NCBI GenBank assembly: GCA_031416075.1
Contig: JANOSY010000026.1
Span: forward strand, 1-44,693
Direction: 5' to 3'
DNA length: 44,693 bases
DNA from: Candidatus Tenderia sp.
GTDB lineage: Bacteria; Pseudomonadota; Gammaproteobacteria; Tenderiales; Tenderiaceae
Numbering within the stretch: position 1 is the stretch's first letter; every line of letters starts with the position of its first letter. This document shows, in pieces, positions 1 to 9,315 of the stretch. Made by a program: the position numbers and the translations under genes. Below the pieces are notes generated by a model. The model saw only the letters and a program-made list of their open reading frames with translations. It did not search any database and had not been told where the DNA came from.

Positions 1-118
1 TAATGAATATAGGTGGGGGAAGGGCACCAATCTCAACTACAGGCTCAATGGCCTTGGGGCACGCCCGGCATCCCTTCTCCCTGCTCTTTCGCGTAAGAGC
101 AATTTAGCTCATTTCTGA

Positions 119-182
119 GCTGAAGGTAAGATACAAGGGGCGCGCCGCTTTTGGCGCGTCCCTCTCGAACGCAATGTTATGC
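119..182 (-). mobile_element. Integron attC site, degenerate at the R' end
   Basis: Minus strand reads GCATAAC (R'')-ATTGC-GTTCGAG-AGGGACGCGCC-AAAAGC-GGCGCGCCCCT-TGTATCTTAC-CTTCAGC. It has a typical attC stem 12 bp after the stop of ORF 195..425, but CTT stands where R' GTT is expected. Confidence 0.8.
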
Positions 183-194
183 GTTTCCGTCAGA

Positions 195-425
195 TTAGTT
201 ATTGATCTCGACGCTTCCAGATACATCCGCATCAATGTGCCCACCTTGAACCCGCACCAATGGAATTTGCACCATCTCGACTTTCTTGCTGCGAACATTC
301 TCGATCGTAAATGGAACAGGCATCTTCAGATAGAGGCCGACCAGAACGATTGCAATTACCGTGAGAACCGCGCATTTGTAAAACTCCAAGATGCGTGCCA
401 ATGGTGTCATAGCTACCCCCTTCAT
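195..425 (-). CDS. Small membrane-anchored hypothetical protein (integron cassette ORF2)
   Basis: 76 aa with one hydrophobic segment (AVLTVIAIVLVGLYL). It starts 1 bp after the ORF1 stop and ends just before attC. Confidence 0.65.
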   Translation of the reverse strand: MKGVAMTPLARILEFYKCAVLTVIAIVLVGLYLKMPVPFTIENVRSKKVEMVQIPLVRVQGGHIDADVSGSVEINN

Positions 426-426
426 T

Positions 427-1029
427 TCAGAAAAAAACGTCGCCTGTATATTGAATTTCTAATAACTCTCCGAGACCTGTCTTTACTTCAACCCGTTCGC
501 CATCTTCTCCACGCTCATCTGAAGTGTTTATGGCTTGAACCTTCGCCACCACAGCTACACCATTGTTGAAACCGGAATCGGCGAACAGCTTAGGGTACTT
601 TGCAAGGAATGGGTCAATGAGCGCCTTTGGTGCATGAAGAGAAAGCCTCAGTTCAGTGGCAAACATGGGGTCTGAAGTAAATAGGCCTCTCTCCATTAGC
701 ACCAGATAGTGGCCTCCAACTCCCGATGATATGTCTTTGATTGAGCCTATAAACAGAATGGGCCGATCACCTTGCCAGAGTTGTTCCAGCTCAATGGTGA
801 GAACAGGTGACATGCGATAGTTCTCATCTTTGCCCAGACGCTTGTCCCAATCTGTAACCGCGTTGCTGTCCGCCGCCATTTTCGACACGACTGTTTTGGT
901 TTCCTGTTCCACACGGTGTGTCTCTGCTCTCTGTGCGTCGCGTTTCGCTCTGTCGTCAAGAAGCTTGTTCACGAAAAATACACCGATTGCAACGGCAACG
1001 ACAATCCATATGAGCTTGGTTATTTTCAT
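427..1029 (-). CDS. Hypothetical protein with N-terminal membrane anchor (integron cassette ORF1)
   Basis: 200 aa, ATG start 10 bp after the GTTATGC core site, N-terminal TM (LIWIVVAVAIGVFFV). No family recognised. Confidence 0.8.
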   Translation of the reverse strand: MKITKLIWIVVAVAIGVFFVNKLLDDRAKRDAQRAETHRVEQETKTVVSKMAADSNAVTDWDKRLGKDENYRMSPVLTIELEQLWQGDRPILFIGSIKDISSGVGGHYLVLMERGLFTSDPMFATELRLSLHAPKALIDPFLAKYPKLFADSGFNNGVAVVAKVQAINTSDERGEDGERVEVKTGLGELLEIQYTGDVFF

Positions 1030-1039
1030 CGATTAAAAC

Positions 1040-1070
1040 GCATAACGTAAAGTAGACACCCTAAAACGCG
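1040..1070 (-). mobile_element. Putative attI site / cassette integration junction (G|TTATGC at 1046/1045)
   Basis: Minus strand ...GGGTGTCTACTTTACG|TTATGCGTTT. It lies between the divergent intI remnant and the cassette, and GTTATGCGTTT is the exact complement of AAACGCATAAC at the attC R''. Confidence 0.75.
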
Positions 1071-1100
1071 CCGGCAAAGGCACCTTCAGTGTGTGTAATC

Positions 1101-1116
1101 TGGCATCTGTTCTGCA
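1101..1116 (+). promoter_or_regulatory. Candidate sigma-54 (-24/-12) promoter upstream of intI
   Basis: TGGCATCTGTTCTGCA has the GG-N10-GC spacing. It is followed by a GGAGG RBS and the ATG at 1145. Confidence 0.45.
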
Positions 1117-1144
1117 ATGCCTTGTTTTTGGTGGAGGAGAAATT

Positions 1145-1324
1145 ATGGCCCCCCCCCTAATTTTCCGGATAAAAGCACCACGATAAAAGCCTCCCAAATT
1201 GCTGGATCAAGTACGCGATAAGCTGCGTGTGATGCACTATAGCATTCGTACTGAACAAACTTACGTGGACTGGATTAAACGCTATATCTTTTTTCATGAC
1301 AAGCGTCACCCTACGTTGGCTTAG
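1145..1324 (+). pseudogene. intI: Truncated integron integrase (N-terminal SAM-like domain only)
   Basis: Manual translation: MAPPLIFRIKAPR*KPPKLLDQVRDKLRVMHYSIRTEQTYVDWIKRYIFFHDKRHPTLA*. This is the characteristic IntI N-terminus, with an in-frame TAA at 1184-1186 and the catalytic domain missing. Confidence 0.9.
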
Positions 1325-2100
1325 CGGGGCAAGTACGCCTGCCCCCATTCACCACTGATGCTAAACAGCGGATGCAGATAGAGTCGCTCCAGATTGGCGC
1401 GTGTCAGCACCTCTTCCGTGGTTCCCGTTATCACCTCTCCGTCACCCAATAACAGCATGGCATGGTTGCAGTAACGCAGCGCCAGGTTGATGTCGTGCAG
1501 TGTCATCAGCAGCGCCCGTTCGCCTTGTTGCGACCACTGTTGCAGCTGGTTGAGCACGGCGATCTGGTGGTGGATGTCGAGGTGGTTGGTGGGTTCATCC
1601 AGCAGCATCAGGGCTGGTTCTTGTGTTAGCAGGGTGGCGATGGCGAGCCGCTGCCGTTCACCGCCGGAGAGGGTGGTGGTGATGCGTTCTGCCAGTGGTG
1701 CCAGTTGTAGCTGTTGCAGTGCTGCCAGCGCCTTTTCCTGATCATGTTTTGATTCCCATTGCCATGGCTTGAGATAGGGGTGGCGACCGATCAGCGTGGT
1801 CTCCATGACGCTGCTGGGGAAGCTGTCATCCTGTTGTTGGAACAGCAGGCCGAGGCGTTGGGCGATCTGTTGTGGTTTGAGCTGTTTGAGTGGTTTGCCC
1901 TGGAGTGCAATTTTGCCTGAGAGTGCGGGACGCAGTCCGGCCAGGGTGTGCAGCAGCGTGCTTTTGCCAACGCCGTTGCGGCCGAGCATGGCCCAGCGTT
2001 CGCCCGCCTTGATCTCTAATTCCAGTGCGTGGCAGATCGGCTGTTGGCCGATGGTGACGTCGAGCGCGGTTGTTGTCAGCAGTGCGCTTGTCTTGGTCAT
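1321..2100 (-). CDS. ABC transporter ATP-binding protein, cobalamin/iron-chelate family (BtuD/FepC-like)
   Basis: Walker A GRNGVGKST, signature LSGGERQR, Walker B LLLDEPTNHLD, HDINLA. Confidence 0.9.
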   Translation of the reverse strand: MTKTSALLTTTALDVTIGQQPICHALELEIKAGERWAMLGRNGVGKSTLLHTLAGLRPALSGKIALQGKPLKQLKPQQIAQRLGLLFQQQDDSFPSSVMETTLIGRHPYLKPWQWESKHDQEKALAALQQLQLAPLAERITTTLSGGERQRLAIATLLTQEPALMLLDEPTNHLDIHHQIAVLNQLQQWSQQGERALLMTLHDINLALRYCNHAMLLLGDGEVITGTTEEVLTRANLERLYLHPLFSISGEWGQAYLPR

Positions 2101-3092
2101 GGGTGGTTGCCCCGGCGCAGCAGATAGAGGAACACCGGCACGCCGAGCATGGCGGTGATGACACCTACCGGCAGCTGTTGCGGGGCGATGACGGTGCGCG
2201 CCAGGGTGTCGGCGCAGAGCAGCAGGGTGCCGCCCAGCAGCACGCTGGCTGGCAGTAGCAGGCGCTGGTCGTTGCCCAGCAGCAGCCGGATCAGGTGTGG
2301 CACTACCAGGCCAATAAAACCGATGCTGCCGGCCTGGGTGACGGCCACGGCGGTTAAAAATGCGGCGATGAAGTAGATGGACCAGCGTAGCCGTGTCACG
2401 TTGACCCCCAGCGCCTGGGCTTGCAGTTCACCCCGTCCTAGCAATGTGAGATTACGTGCCAGGGGCAGGCAGAGCAGTACCCCGATGCCCAGGGTGAGCA
2501 GGGCCACGGTGGGGTTGCCGGACTGGCCAAAATCACCCATGAGCCAGAAGAGCATGCCACGCAGGGTATTGTCGGCGCTGACGGCGAGCATGAAGCTGAT
2601 CAGCGCCGTCCATCCGGCGGAGATGACCACACCGGTCAGTAACAGGCGGTTGCTGGTCCAGCTGCCACTGCCGTGGGCAAGGCTGAAGACTAACAGCATC
2701 GAGAGTAGGGCACCCAGTACGCTGCCACTGGTGAGCCAGAACGAACCGAGCCCGAGCAACATGGCGCTGAGTGCCCCAACCGCTGCACCGCCGGAGATCC
2801 CCAGTACATAGGGGTCGGCAAGTGGGTTGCGTAGCAGGGTCTGCATCAACGCCCCGGCCAGCGCCAGCAGGCCGCCCACGGCAAAGGCGCTGAGGGCGCG
2901 TGGCAGACGCAGTTCGGTGATGAGCTGTTGGGCGAGCAGTGGTTCCGGGCCGGTATGGCTCCAGGCCTGCCACAGTTCGCTTACACTCAAAGGCAGGCTG
3001 CCGCGACTCAGTGACCAGACCAGGCTGAGGGCAGCGGCAGCGGTCAGGCTGAGGAGGGTGAGGATGAGTTTTGTTTGCGGGTGGCTGGCCAT
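2097..3092 (-). CDS. FecCD/BtuC family ABC permease
   Basis: ELRLPRAL, LRNPLADPYVLGISGGA and GSIGFIGLVVPH motifs; many TM segments. Confidence 0.92.
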   Translation of the reverse strand: MASHPQTKLILTLLSLTAAAALSLVWSLSRGSLPLSVSELWQAWSHTGPEPLLAQQLITELRLPRALSAFAVGGLLALAGALMQTLLRNPLADPYVLGISGGAAVGALSAMLLGLGSFWLTSGSVLGALLSMLLVFSLAHGSGSWTSNRLLLTGVVISAGWTALISFMLAVSADNTLRGMLFWLMGDFGQSGNPTVALLTLGIGVLLCLPLARNLTLLGRGELQAQALGVNVTRLRWSIYFIAAFLTAVAVTQAGSIGFIGLVVPHLIRLLLGNDQRLLLPASVLLGGTLLLCADTLARTVIAPQQLPVGVITAMLGVPVFLYLLRRGNHP

Positions 3093-3769
3093 TAATCGTT
3101 GGGAGGGGTGAATCCATCACGCAGGCTGATTACCGGCCAGCCCTTGGTCTGGGCGTGATGGGTGAGTGTTTCATCGGCGTCCACCGCAAACGGGTGGGTT
3201 ACGATTTCCAGCAGCGGCAGATCGTTGAGTGAGTCGGAGTAGAACCAGCTGGAGGCGAGGTTGTAGCCATTGTTGGCAAGCCACTGGTTGAGCCGGACGA
3301 TTTTACCCTCACGGAATGAGGGGGTGCCGCTCACCTCACCGGTATAGCGGCCATCCTTGAATTCAGGGTCGGTGGCGATGAGCTGGTCGATGCCAAAGGC
3401 GGTGGCAATCGGTTCTGTGACAAAGCGATTGGTGGCGGTGATGATCAGCAGGGTGTGGCCTTGGGCGCGGTGTTTATCCACTAAACGCTGTGCGGCGGGC
3501 AGCATGATCGGGCGGATCACCTCGGTCATGAAGCGCTGGCGCAGTGCCAGCAGTTTGTCGAGATCGTTGTCGGCTAACGGCCGTAGCGCGAAGCGCAGGA
3601 ACTCAAAGATATCCATGGTGCCGCTTTTGTATTCGCTGTAGAAACGCTGGTTCTCACGTTCGTAAAAGGCACCATCCACCAGTTGGTGCTGCACCAGCCA
3701 GCGGCCCCAGAGGTAGTCGCTGTCGCCGCCGAGCAGGGTGTTGTCGAGGTCAAAAATGGCCAGATCCAC
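3092..3769 (-). CDS. HAD-superfamily IB hydrolase (histidinol-phosphatase-like)
   Basis: FDLDNTLL motif I, ITATN motif II, YSDSLNDLPLL motif IV. Start moved to GTG 3769 after a CAGGAG RBS. Confidence 0.88.
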   Translation of the reverse strand: MDLAIFDLDNTLLGGDSDYLWGRWLVQHQLVDGAFYERENQRFYSEYKSGTMDIFEFLRFALRPLADNDLDKLLALRQRFMTEVIRPIMLPAAQRLVDKHRAQGHTLLIITATNRFVTEPIATAFGIDQLIATDPEFKDGRYTGEVSGTPSFREGKIVRLNQWLANNGYNLASSWFYSDSLNDLPLLEIVTHPFAVDADETLTHHAQTKGWPVISLRDGFTPPND

Positions 3770-3950
3770 GGCGATAACTCCTGTTTTGTCTGAATTTTGT
3801 CTGAGGGGGCACAAGAATAGGCGTTTGGCTGTTAAAGGTAAATGGCGAACGTTTTGCTGTTGTACTGTCATACTCTGCAAGCAATTGATTAGTTTGTTCT
3901 ATTCGTGAAACAATGCTTTATATATTAGTGATACTTGAAGCAGGTTATAA

Positions 3951-4466
3951 GTGATTGATTCTGATGGATATCGACCGAATGTCGGGATCGTCCTGAGCAA
4001 CAGCGATGGCAGGTTGTTCTGGGCGCGACGAATCGGACAAGATGCATGGCAGTTCCCACAGGGGGGGATTCGTACTTACGAAACCCCGCTGGAGGCGATG
4101 TATCGTGAGTTGGCTGAGGAGGTGGGACTCTCCCCTGAGCAGGTGGAGGTGGTGGGTAGCACCCGTGGCTGGCTGCGCTACCGCCTGCCACGGCGTATGG
4201 TGCGCCGCCATAGCAAACCGGTCTGCATTGGTCAGAAACAGGTCTGGTTTCTGTTGCGGTTGCAGGCGCAGGAGAGCGAGTTTCGTTTTGACCTGACCGA
4301 TCACCCTGAGTTCGACCTGTGGCGCTGGGTTGACTACTGGGAACCCGTCAGTGAGGTGGTCCATTTTAAACGGGCTGTGTATGCACGGGCACTACAGGAG
4401 CTGGCACCGCTGCTGGGGTATGAGCGGCGCAGCTTTTCGATCCTCCATCTTGGGCGCAAAAGGTAA
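3951..4466 (+). CDS. rppH: RNA pyrophosphohydrolase
   Basis: [20 protein letters not shown] Nudix box, CIGQKQ; directly upstream of ptsP. Confidence 0.97.
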   Translation: MIDSDGYRPNVGIVLSNSDGRLFWARRIGQDAWQFPQGGIRTYETPLEAMYRELAEEVGLSPEQVEVVGSTRGWLRYRLPRRMVRRHSKPVCIGQKQVWFLLRLQAQESEFRFDLTDHPEFDLWRWVDYWEPVSEVVHFKRAVYARALQELAPLLGYERRSFSILHLGRKR

Positions 4467-4475
4467 TCGATAGTT

Positions 4476-6764
4476 ATGTTGGAGACGTTGCGCCGTATTA
4501 TTCAAGAGGTCAACCTGGCCAGTGATCTGGAGCAGGCGCTGAATATCATCGTGACCCGGGTCAAAGAGAAGATGTGTGTGGATGTCTGCTCGGTCTATCT
4601 GGCCAGCGAGAGCCAGAAGCGCCATATTTTAATGGCGTCCGATGGACTTAATCCTGGTTCGATTGGCAAAGTCTGGCTCGAATTTGGTCAGGGGTTGGTG
4701 AGTCTGGTGGCAGAGCGGGCAGAACCGGTCAACCTTGAAGATGCCCCCAGCCATCCCCGCTTTTTCTTTTTGGCAGCGACAAAAGAGAACCCCTTCCACG
4801 CCTTTTTAGGTGTGCCCATCATGCATCACCGCAAAGTGCTGGGGGTGCTGATTGTGCAGCAACGTGCGATGCGCCGTTTTCTGGAGGATGAAACCGCCTT
4901 TCTGCTCACCATTGCTGCCCAGCTGGCGGGTGCCATTGCCCATGCTGAGGTGAGTGGTGGCATTAGTGGTATCGGTGGCATTAGCAGTCTGCCGGGGAGT
5001 GTGGCGGATGGCATTTCGCTGAGGGGGTTGCCAGGCGCTCCAGGGGTGGCGATTGGTACGGCGTTGGTGGTCTATCCGCCGGCGGATCTGGACTCAGTGC
5101 CTGACCGTCAAGCCCCGCCTGCTGATCTGGAGCTGGAGGTGAGCTGTTTTCGGGATGCGGTGGATCAGGCGCAGTCGGACATCCGTACACTCCAGACGCG
5201 GTTGAAAACGGTCTTGAGCAGTGAGGACCAAGCGCTTTTTGACGCCTATCTGCAGATGCTTGGCAGCGCCAGCATTGTGGATGATGTGATCGAACGTATC
5301 CGCAACGGTGGTTGGGCCTCCAGCGCACTGCGTGACACCATCGCCAACCATGTCCGGGTCTTTGAGAACATGGATGACCCCTACATGCGTGAACGGGCGG
5401 TGGATGTGAAGGATCTGGGCCGCCGGATATTGATGTGTATTCAAAAGGGTCGCCATAATCCGCCGCCCTACCCAGAACGGACGATCCTGGTGGGTAATGA
5501 GATTACCGCCACCATGCTGGCTGAGGCACCGGTAGAGCGTCTGGTGGGGGTGATCTCAGCCAAAGGCTCCTCCTCTTCCCATGTGGCCATTCTGGCACGG
5601 GCGCTGGGCATTCCAGCGGTGGTGGGGGTGCAGGATATTCCGGTTTCACGGATGGATGGCCGTGAGCTGATTGCTGACGGGTATAACGGTCTGGTCTATG
5701 TGGCCCCTTCGGAACAGATCCGCCGCGAATATGAGCGACTGGCCCGTGACGAGGCGGAGCTGATGGCAGAGCTGGAGGAGCTGCGCGATCTGCCGGCGGA
5801 GACCCCTGACGGTTACCGCATGCCGCTGTACGCCAACACCGGACTGCTCTCGGATATCCCCCCGTCGTTGCGGAGCGGTGCCGAGGGGGTGGGGCTCTAT
5901 CGCACCGAGTTTCCTTTTATGATCCGTGACCGCTTCCCCAGCGAGGATGAGCAGTACCGCATCTACCGCAAGCTGGTGGAGGAGTTTGCGCCGCGCCCGG
6001 TGGTATTGCGTACCCTCGATGTAGGGGGAGATAAGGCGTTGAGTTATTTCCCGATTGTTGAAGACAACCCGTTCCTTGGCTGGCGTGGCATTCGTATCAC
6101 CCTGGACCATCCGGAGCTTTTTCTGGTACAGGTGCGTGCCATGTTGCGCGCTGGGGCCGGGTATGGAAATGCCAGCATCTTGTTGCCGATGATCTGCAAT
6201 ATCTCGGAGCTGGATGAGGCGCTGTTTCTGATCCACCAGGCCTACCGTGAGTTGCGGGAGGAGTGTGAACAGGTCACTAAACCGTGTATTGGTGTGATGA
6301 TCGAAGTGCCATCCCTGGTCTACCAGATTGATGCCGTCGCGCAGCGGGTCGATTTTCTCTCCGTGGGCACTAACGATCTGACCCAATATCTGCTGGCGGT
6401 GGATCGTAATAACAGCAGTGTGGCCAGCCTCTATGACAGTTTGAGCCCGGCGGTGATCCAGGCGATCAAACTGGTGGTGGAAGGGGCGGCGCGCCACCAG
6501 CGTCCGGTCAGTGTTTGTGGTGAGATGGCGGGTGACCCACGGGCCGCGCTGCTGCTGCTCGGCCTGGGGGTGGATAGTTTGAGTATGAGTCCCTCCAGCC
6601 TGTCGCGGATTAAATGGGTGATCCGTAATGTTGAGCGCAGCAAGGCGCAGGCGCTGCTGGCCGATGTGCTGTTGCTGGAGACGGCCAAAGAGATCCGCAG
6701 TTATCTGGACGAGGTGCTGATCGCCGCCGGACTGGGGGGGCTGGTACGGGCAGGTGGCAAGTAA
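4476..6764 (+). CDS. ptsP: PEP-protein phosphotransferase EI-Ntr
   Basis: N-terminal GAF domain, SHVAILARALG phospho-His motif, GLYRTE, GTNDLTQY, CGEMAG. Confidence 0.97.
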   Translation: MLETLRRIIQEVNLASDLEQALNIIVTRVKEKMCVDVCSVYLASESQKRHILMASDGLNPGSIGKVWLEFGQGLVSLVAERAEPVNLEDAPSHPRFFFLAATKENPFHAFLGVPIMHHRKVLGVLIVQQRAMRRFLEDETAFLLTIAAQLAGAIAHAEVSGGISGIGGISSLPGSVADGISLRGLPGAPGVAIGTALVVYPPADLDSVPDRQAPPADLELEVSCFRDAVDQAQSDIRTLQTRLKTVLSSEDQALFDAYLQMLGSASIVDDVIERIRNGGWASSALRDTIANHVRVFENMDDPYMRERAVDVKDLGRRILMCIQKGRHNPPPYPERTILVGNEITATMLAEAPVERLVGVISAKGSSSSHVAILARALGIPAVVGVQDIPVSRMDGRELIADGYNGLVYVAPSEQIRREYERLARDEAELMAELEELRDLPAETPDGYRMPLYANTGLLSDIPPSLRSGAEGVGLYRTEFPFMIRDRFPSEDEQYRIYRKLVEEFAPRPVVLRTLDVGGDKALSYFPIVEDNPFLGWRGIRITLDHPELFLVQVRAMLRAGAGYGNASILLPMICNISELDEALFLIHQAYRELREECEQVTKPCIGVMIEVPSLVYQIDAVAQRVDFLSVGTNDLTQYLLAVDRNNSSVASLYDSLSPAVIQAIKLVVEGAARHQRPVSVCGEMAGDPRAALLLLGLGVDSLSMSPSSLSRIKWVIRNVERSKAQALLADVLLLETAKEIRSYLDEVLIAAGLGGLVRAGGK

Positions 6765-6775
6765 CCTGTCTGTGG

Positions 6776-7521
6776 TTAGTTGCGCAAATAGATGGCAATC
6801 AGCAGTATCAGCAGTGAGATAACCCAGAAGACCATATACGGTGGTGAGTGAGAGTACGGCCGCGGCACCTGATGCCAGCGCCAGCACTACGGAGCTGATG
6901 CCTACCGAGGTGCGTGACATCAGCTCCTGACTTTCGAAGTTGATAGGCAGGATCACACCGATGATGATGGAGAGCAGCAGCGCCAGCCCCAGTCACACTA
7001 AGTTGGTTTTTAACGCCTCCCACATCAGCGGTTTGCCCCCCAGAGCCGCCGCCAGGGCGAGGGCGATGTTGGGCCACAGCAGTGGCGCAATGACCATGGC
7101 CCCAACGACCACGGCGACGTTATTTTCGATCAGGCCAATGGCGGCAACGATGGTGGACAAAAAGACCCGCAGCAGGAAGTTGCTGTTCAGCTCGGTATTT
7201 TTTGAGACGCTGTGGTACAGCTCTTCACGGGTGGCACCACCAACACTGTTTTTCTCTGTTTTTATCCTCGATGTCAGTTTTTTGCAGTGTGGCCTCAATG
7301 GGCAGAATGACAACGCGGGTGTTTGTATCCATGCCCATGCCGTTTTGCAAGCCATCCATCACTGCCTGTCTATGGGGGTCGTCGACGAGCAGACGTATCA
7401 CCTGACGATCCTCCCCTTCTGGCGAGCTGATCACCCACGGGTCGATGGCACCATGCTGTTTGCCGACTGCTTTGATGGTGTCGATGTGGTCGCGATGAGT
7501 GGTTATTTCAATTATTTTCAT
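6776..7521 (-). pseudogene. TIGR00341/DUF389 family membrane protein pseudogene
   Basis: Split across frames: MKIIEI...VVILPIEATL, then REELYHSV...LSTIVAAIGLIENNVAVVVGAMVIAPLL, an in-frame TGA at 6993-6995, ELMSRT...LALASGAAAVLSLTT, and a C-terminal YMVFWVISLLILLIAIYLRN* in another frame. Confidence 0.82.
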
Positions 7522-7605
7522 ATGGATTAAAAAGTGTACAAATGAATGTTATGGGCGCTAACGACGCCAGCATTCCGTTGAAATCTGTATCATTGATTGA
7601 TAATT

Positions 7606-8592
7606 ATGGAGAAGCAGATGGGTTCTGATAGTGGTCTTGTGGTGGCCTATGCGCTCAATGGCGAAGGGGGTGGCACGGCCCTTGGTTGGGATGAGGTGCG
7701 TTCGTGGCGGGGTGACGAAGGGTTTCTCTGGGTCCATCTGGACCTTACGGACCCGGTTGCCCAGCGCTGGGTCGGTAGCGAGAGTGGCCTGGATGAGGTG
7801 GTGGCGGAGGCGCTGCTGGCGGACGAGACACGGCCACGCAGCTCGTTTATGAAAAATGGCCTGTTGGTCATGCTGCGGGGTGTGAATACCAATCCTGGTG
7901 CCGACCCCGAGGATATGGTGGCACTGCGTATCTGGGTGGAGGATAGGCGGGTGGTGACCACTCGCAGACGCCGCCTGCTGTCGATTATGGATGTCAGTGA
8001 TTCCATCGATAAAAATGATGGTCCCATGAGCCCCGGTGAGCTGCTGGTGACACTGTCAGACTGCCTGGTTGAGCGAATGGCGGTGGTGATTGATGAGATT
8101 GACGAACATGTCGACCGGCTTGAGAGCGATGTGGTGGAGTCGGAAAACCCGCGCCTGCGCCATGAACTGGCGGACCTGCGTACCCAGGTGATTGCGCTGC
8201 GCCGTTATCTCTCCCCACAACGTGAAGCGATGGTGAGGCTGAGCCAGGAGAGGAGTCCGTGGCTGAGTGATGTGGACCAGGTCCATCTGCGCGAGGTGAG
8301 TGACCGTATTATTCGTTATGTTGAGGATCTTGATGCCGTGCGTGATCGTGCGGCAGTTGTGCAGGAGGAGTTGGCCAGTCGTCTCTCTGAACAGTTGAAC
8401 AAACGGATGTATATGTTATCCATGGTGACAGCGGTGTTTTTACCGCTGGGGTTTCTCACCGGACTGCTGGGGGTAAATGTGGGTGGCATTCCTGGGGCTG
8501 AGAACACACTCGGTTTTGTCTGGGTGATTGGGTTGGTGGTGGCGCTGGTGATCCTGCAGGTGTGGGTCTTTAAACGCCAGCGCTGGTTTTAG
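7606..8592 (+). CDS. zntB: Zinc transporter ZntB (CorA family)
   Basis: LWVHLD, ETRPR, LRGVNTN, FLPLGFLTGLLGVNVGGIPG (GVN rather than GMN), two C-terminal TMs. Confidence 0.9.
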   Translation: MEKQMGSDSGLVVAYALNGEGGGTALGWDEVRSWRGDEGFLWVHLDLTDPVAQRWVGSESGLDEVVAEALLADETRPRSSFMKNGLLVMLRGVNTNPGADPEDMVALRIWVEDRRVVTTRRRRLLSIMDVSDSIDKNDGPMSPGELLVTLSDCLVERMAVVIDEIDEHVDRLESDVVESENPRLRHELADLRTQVIALRRYLSPQREAMVRLSQERSPWLSDVDQVHLREVSDRIIRYVEDLDAVRDRAAVVQEELASRLSEQLNKRMYMLSMVTAVFLPLGFLTGLLGVNVGGIPGAENTLGFVWVIGLVVALVILQVWVFKRQRWF

Positions 8593-8708
8593 CAGTAGAA
8601 ACTTAGTTACGGCGCTGGATACTCTGGGGCAATCGGCCTCGTGTTAATATAGCGCCCCAGCAGGTGGATATGCCGCCTGAATCGAATAGACAATATTGGA
8701 GAGTATCA

Positions 8709-9284
8709 ATGATGAAATTGCAGATGACAGCAGTGGCTGCGGTGATGTGTGTATCAAGCATGGCCGCCTCAGCGCAGCAGATCGACCTGAGCATGAGCAA
8801 TGATACCGCCCTGCTCAGCTACACCATGCCCATCAGCTATAGCCCGGCTGGTCGTACCGATGCTGATTTTGGTGTGCTCTATACAGAGGACAATGACCTG
8901 ATGATTATGGCCGGTATTGCCATGAGCGGCGAAGCAGGCAGCCAGGTGCCAGGGCTGGACGGTGGGGTTGGTTTTAAATTTTATGGTTTATCTATGGACA
9001 ATGGTGCCGATATCGGTGCTGTAACGATTGGCGGAATGCTCCGCTATGTATTGCCAGGGTTGAATCGTGTGGGTCTGGTGGGTTCTTTGAACTACGCCCC
9101 GAATATCACCACCGTGGGTGATGCTGACCGCTTGTGGGACTTTAATGCCCGTGTTGAGTTTGAGGTGTTGCCAGCAGCGATTGTCTATCTAGGGTACCGT
9201 GATGTCGGCGCGCGCATGGAGATCAACAAGTTTGATATCGACATGGATAAGGGCGCGCACATCGGTCTGAAGATGTCATTTTAA
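8709..9284 (+). CDS. YfaZ-like outer-membrane beta-barrel protein
   Basis: Signal peptide, IDLSMSNDTA, YAPNITT, VYLGYR, terminal Phe. Confidence 0.75.
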   Translation: MMKLQMTAVAAVMCVSSMAASAQQIDLSMSNDTALLSYTMPISYSPAGRTDADFGVLYTEDNDLMIMAGIAMSGEAGSQVPGLDGGVGFKFYGLSMDNGADIGAVTIGGMLRYVLPGLNRVGLVGSLNYAPNITTVGDADRLWDFNARVEFEVLPAAIVYLGYRDVGARMEINKFDIDMDKGAHIGLKMSF

Positions 9285-9315
9285 TGGCATAAATTGAGGG
9301 TGCTGGGCCGCAGCG

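Noticed and set aside
82-101. Hairpin TGCTCTT-TCGCGT-AAGAGCA as a second attC or terminator
   Set aside because: Only a 7-bp stem, with no R''/R' boxes and no convincing U-tract; context is cut by the window edge.
1157-1348. 63-aa minus-strand ORF
   Set aside because: It is the antisense shadow of the intI remnant.
5646-6956. 436-aa minus-strand ORF
   Set aside because: Mostly antisense to ptsP. Only its first ~40 codons are real, and they belong to the DUF389 pseudogene.
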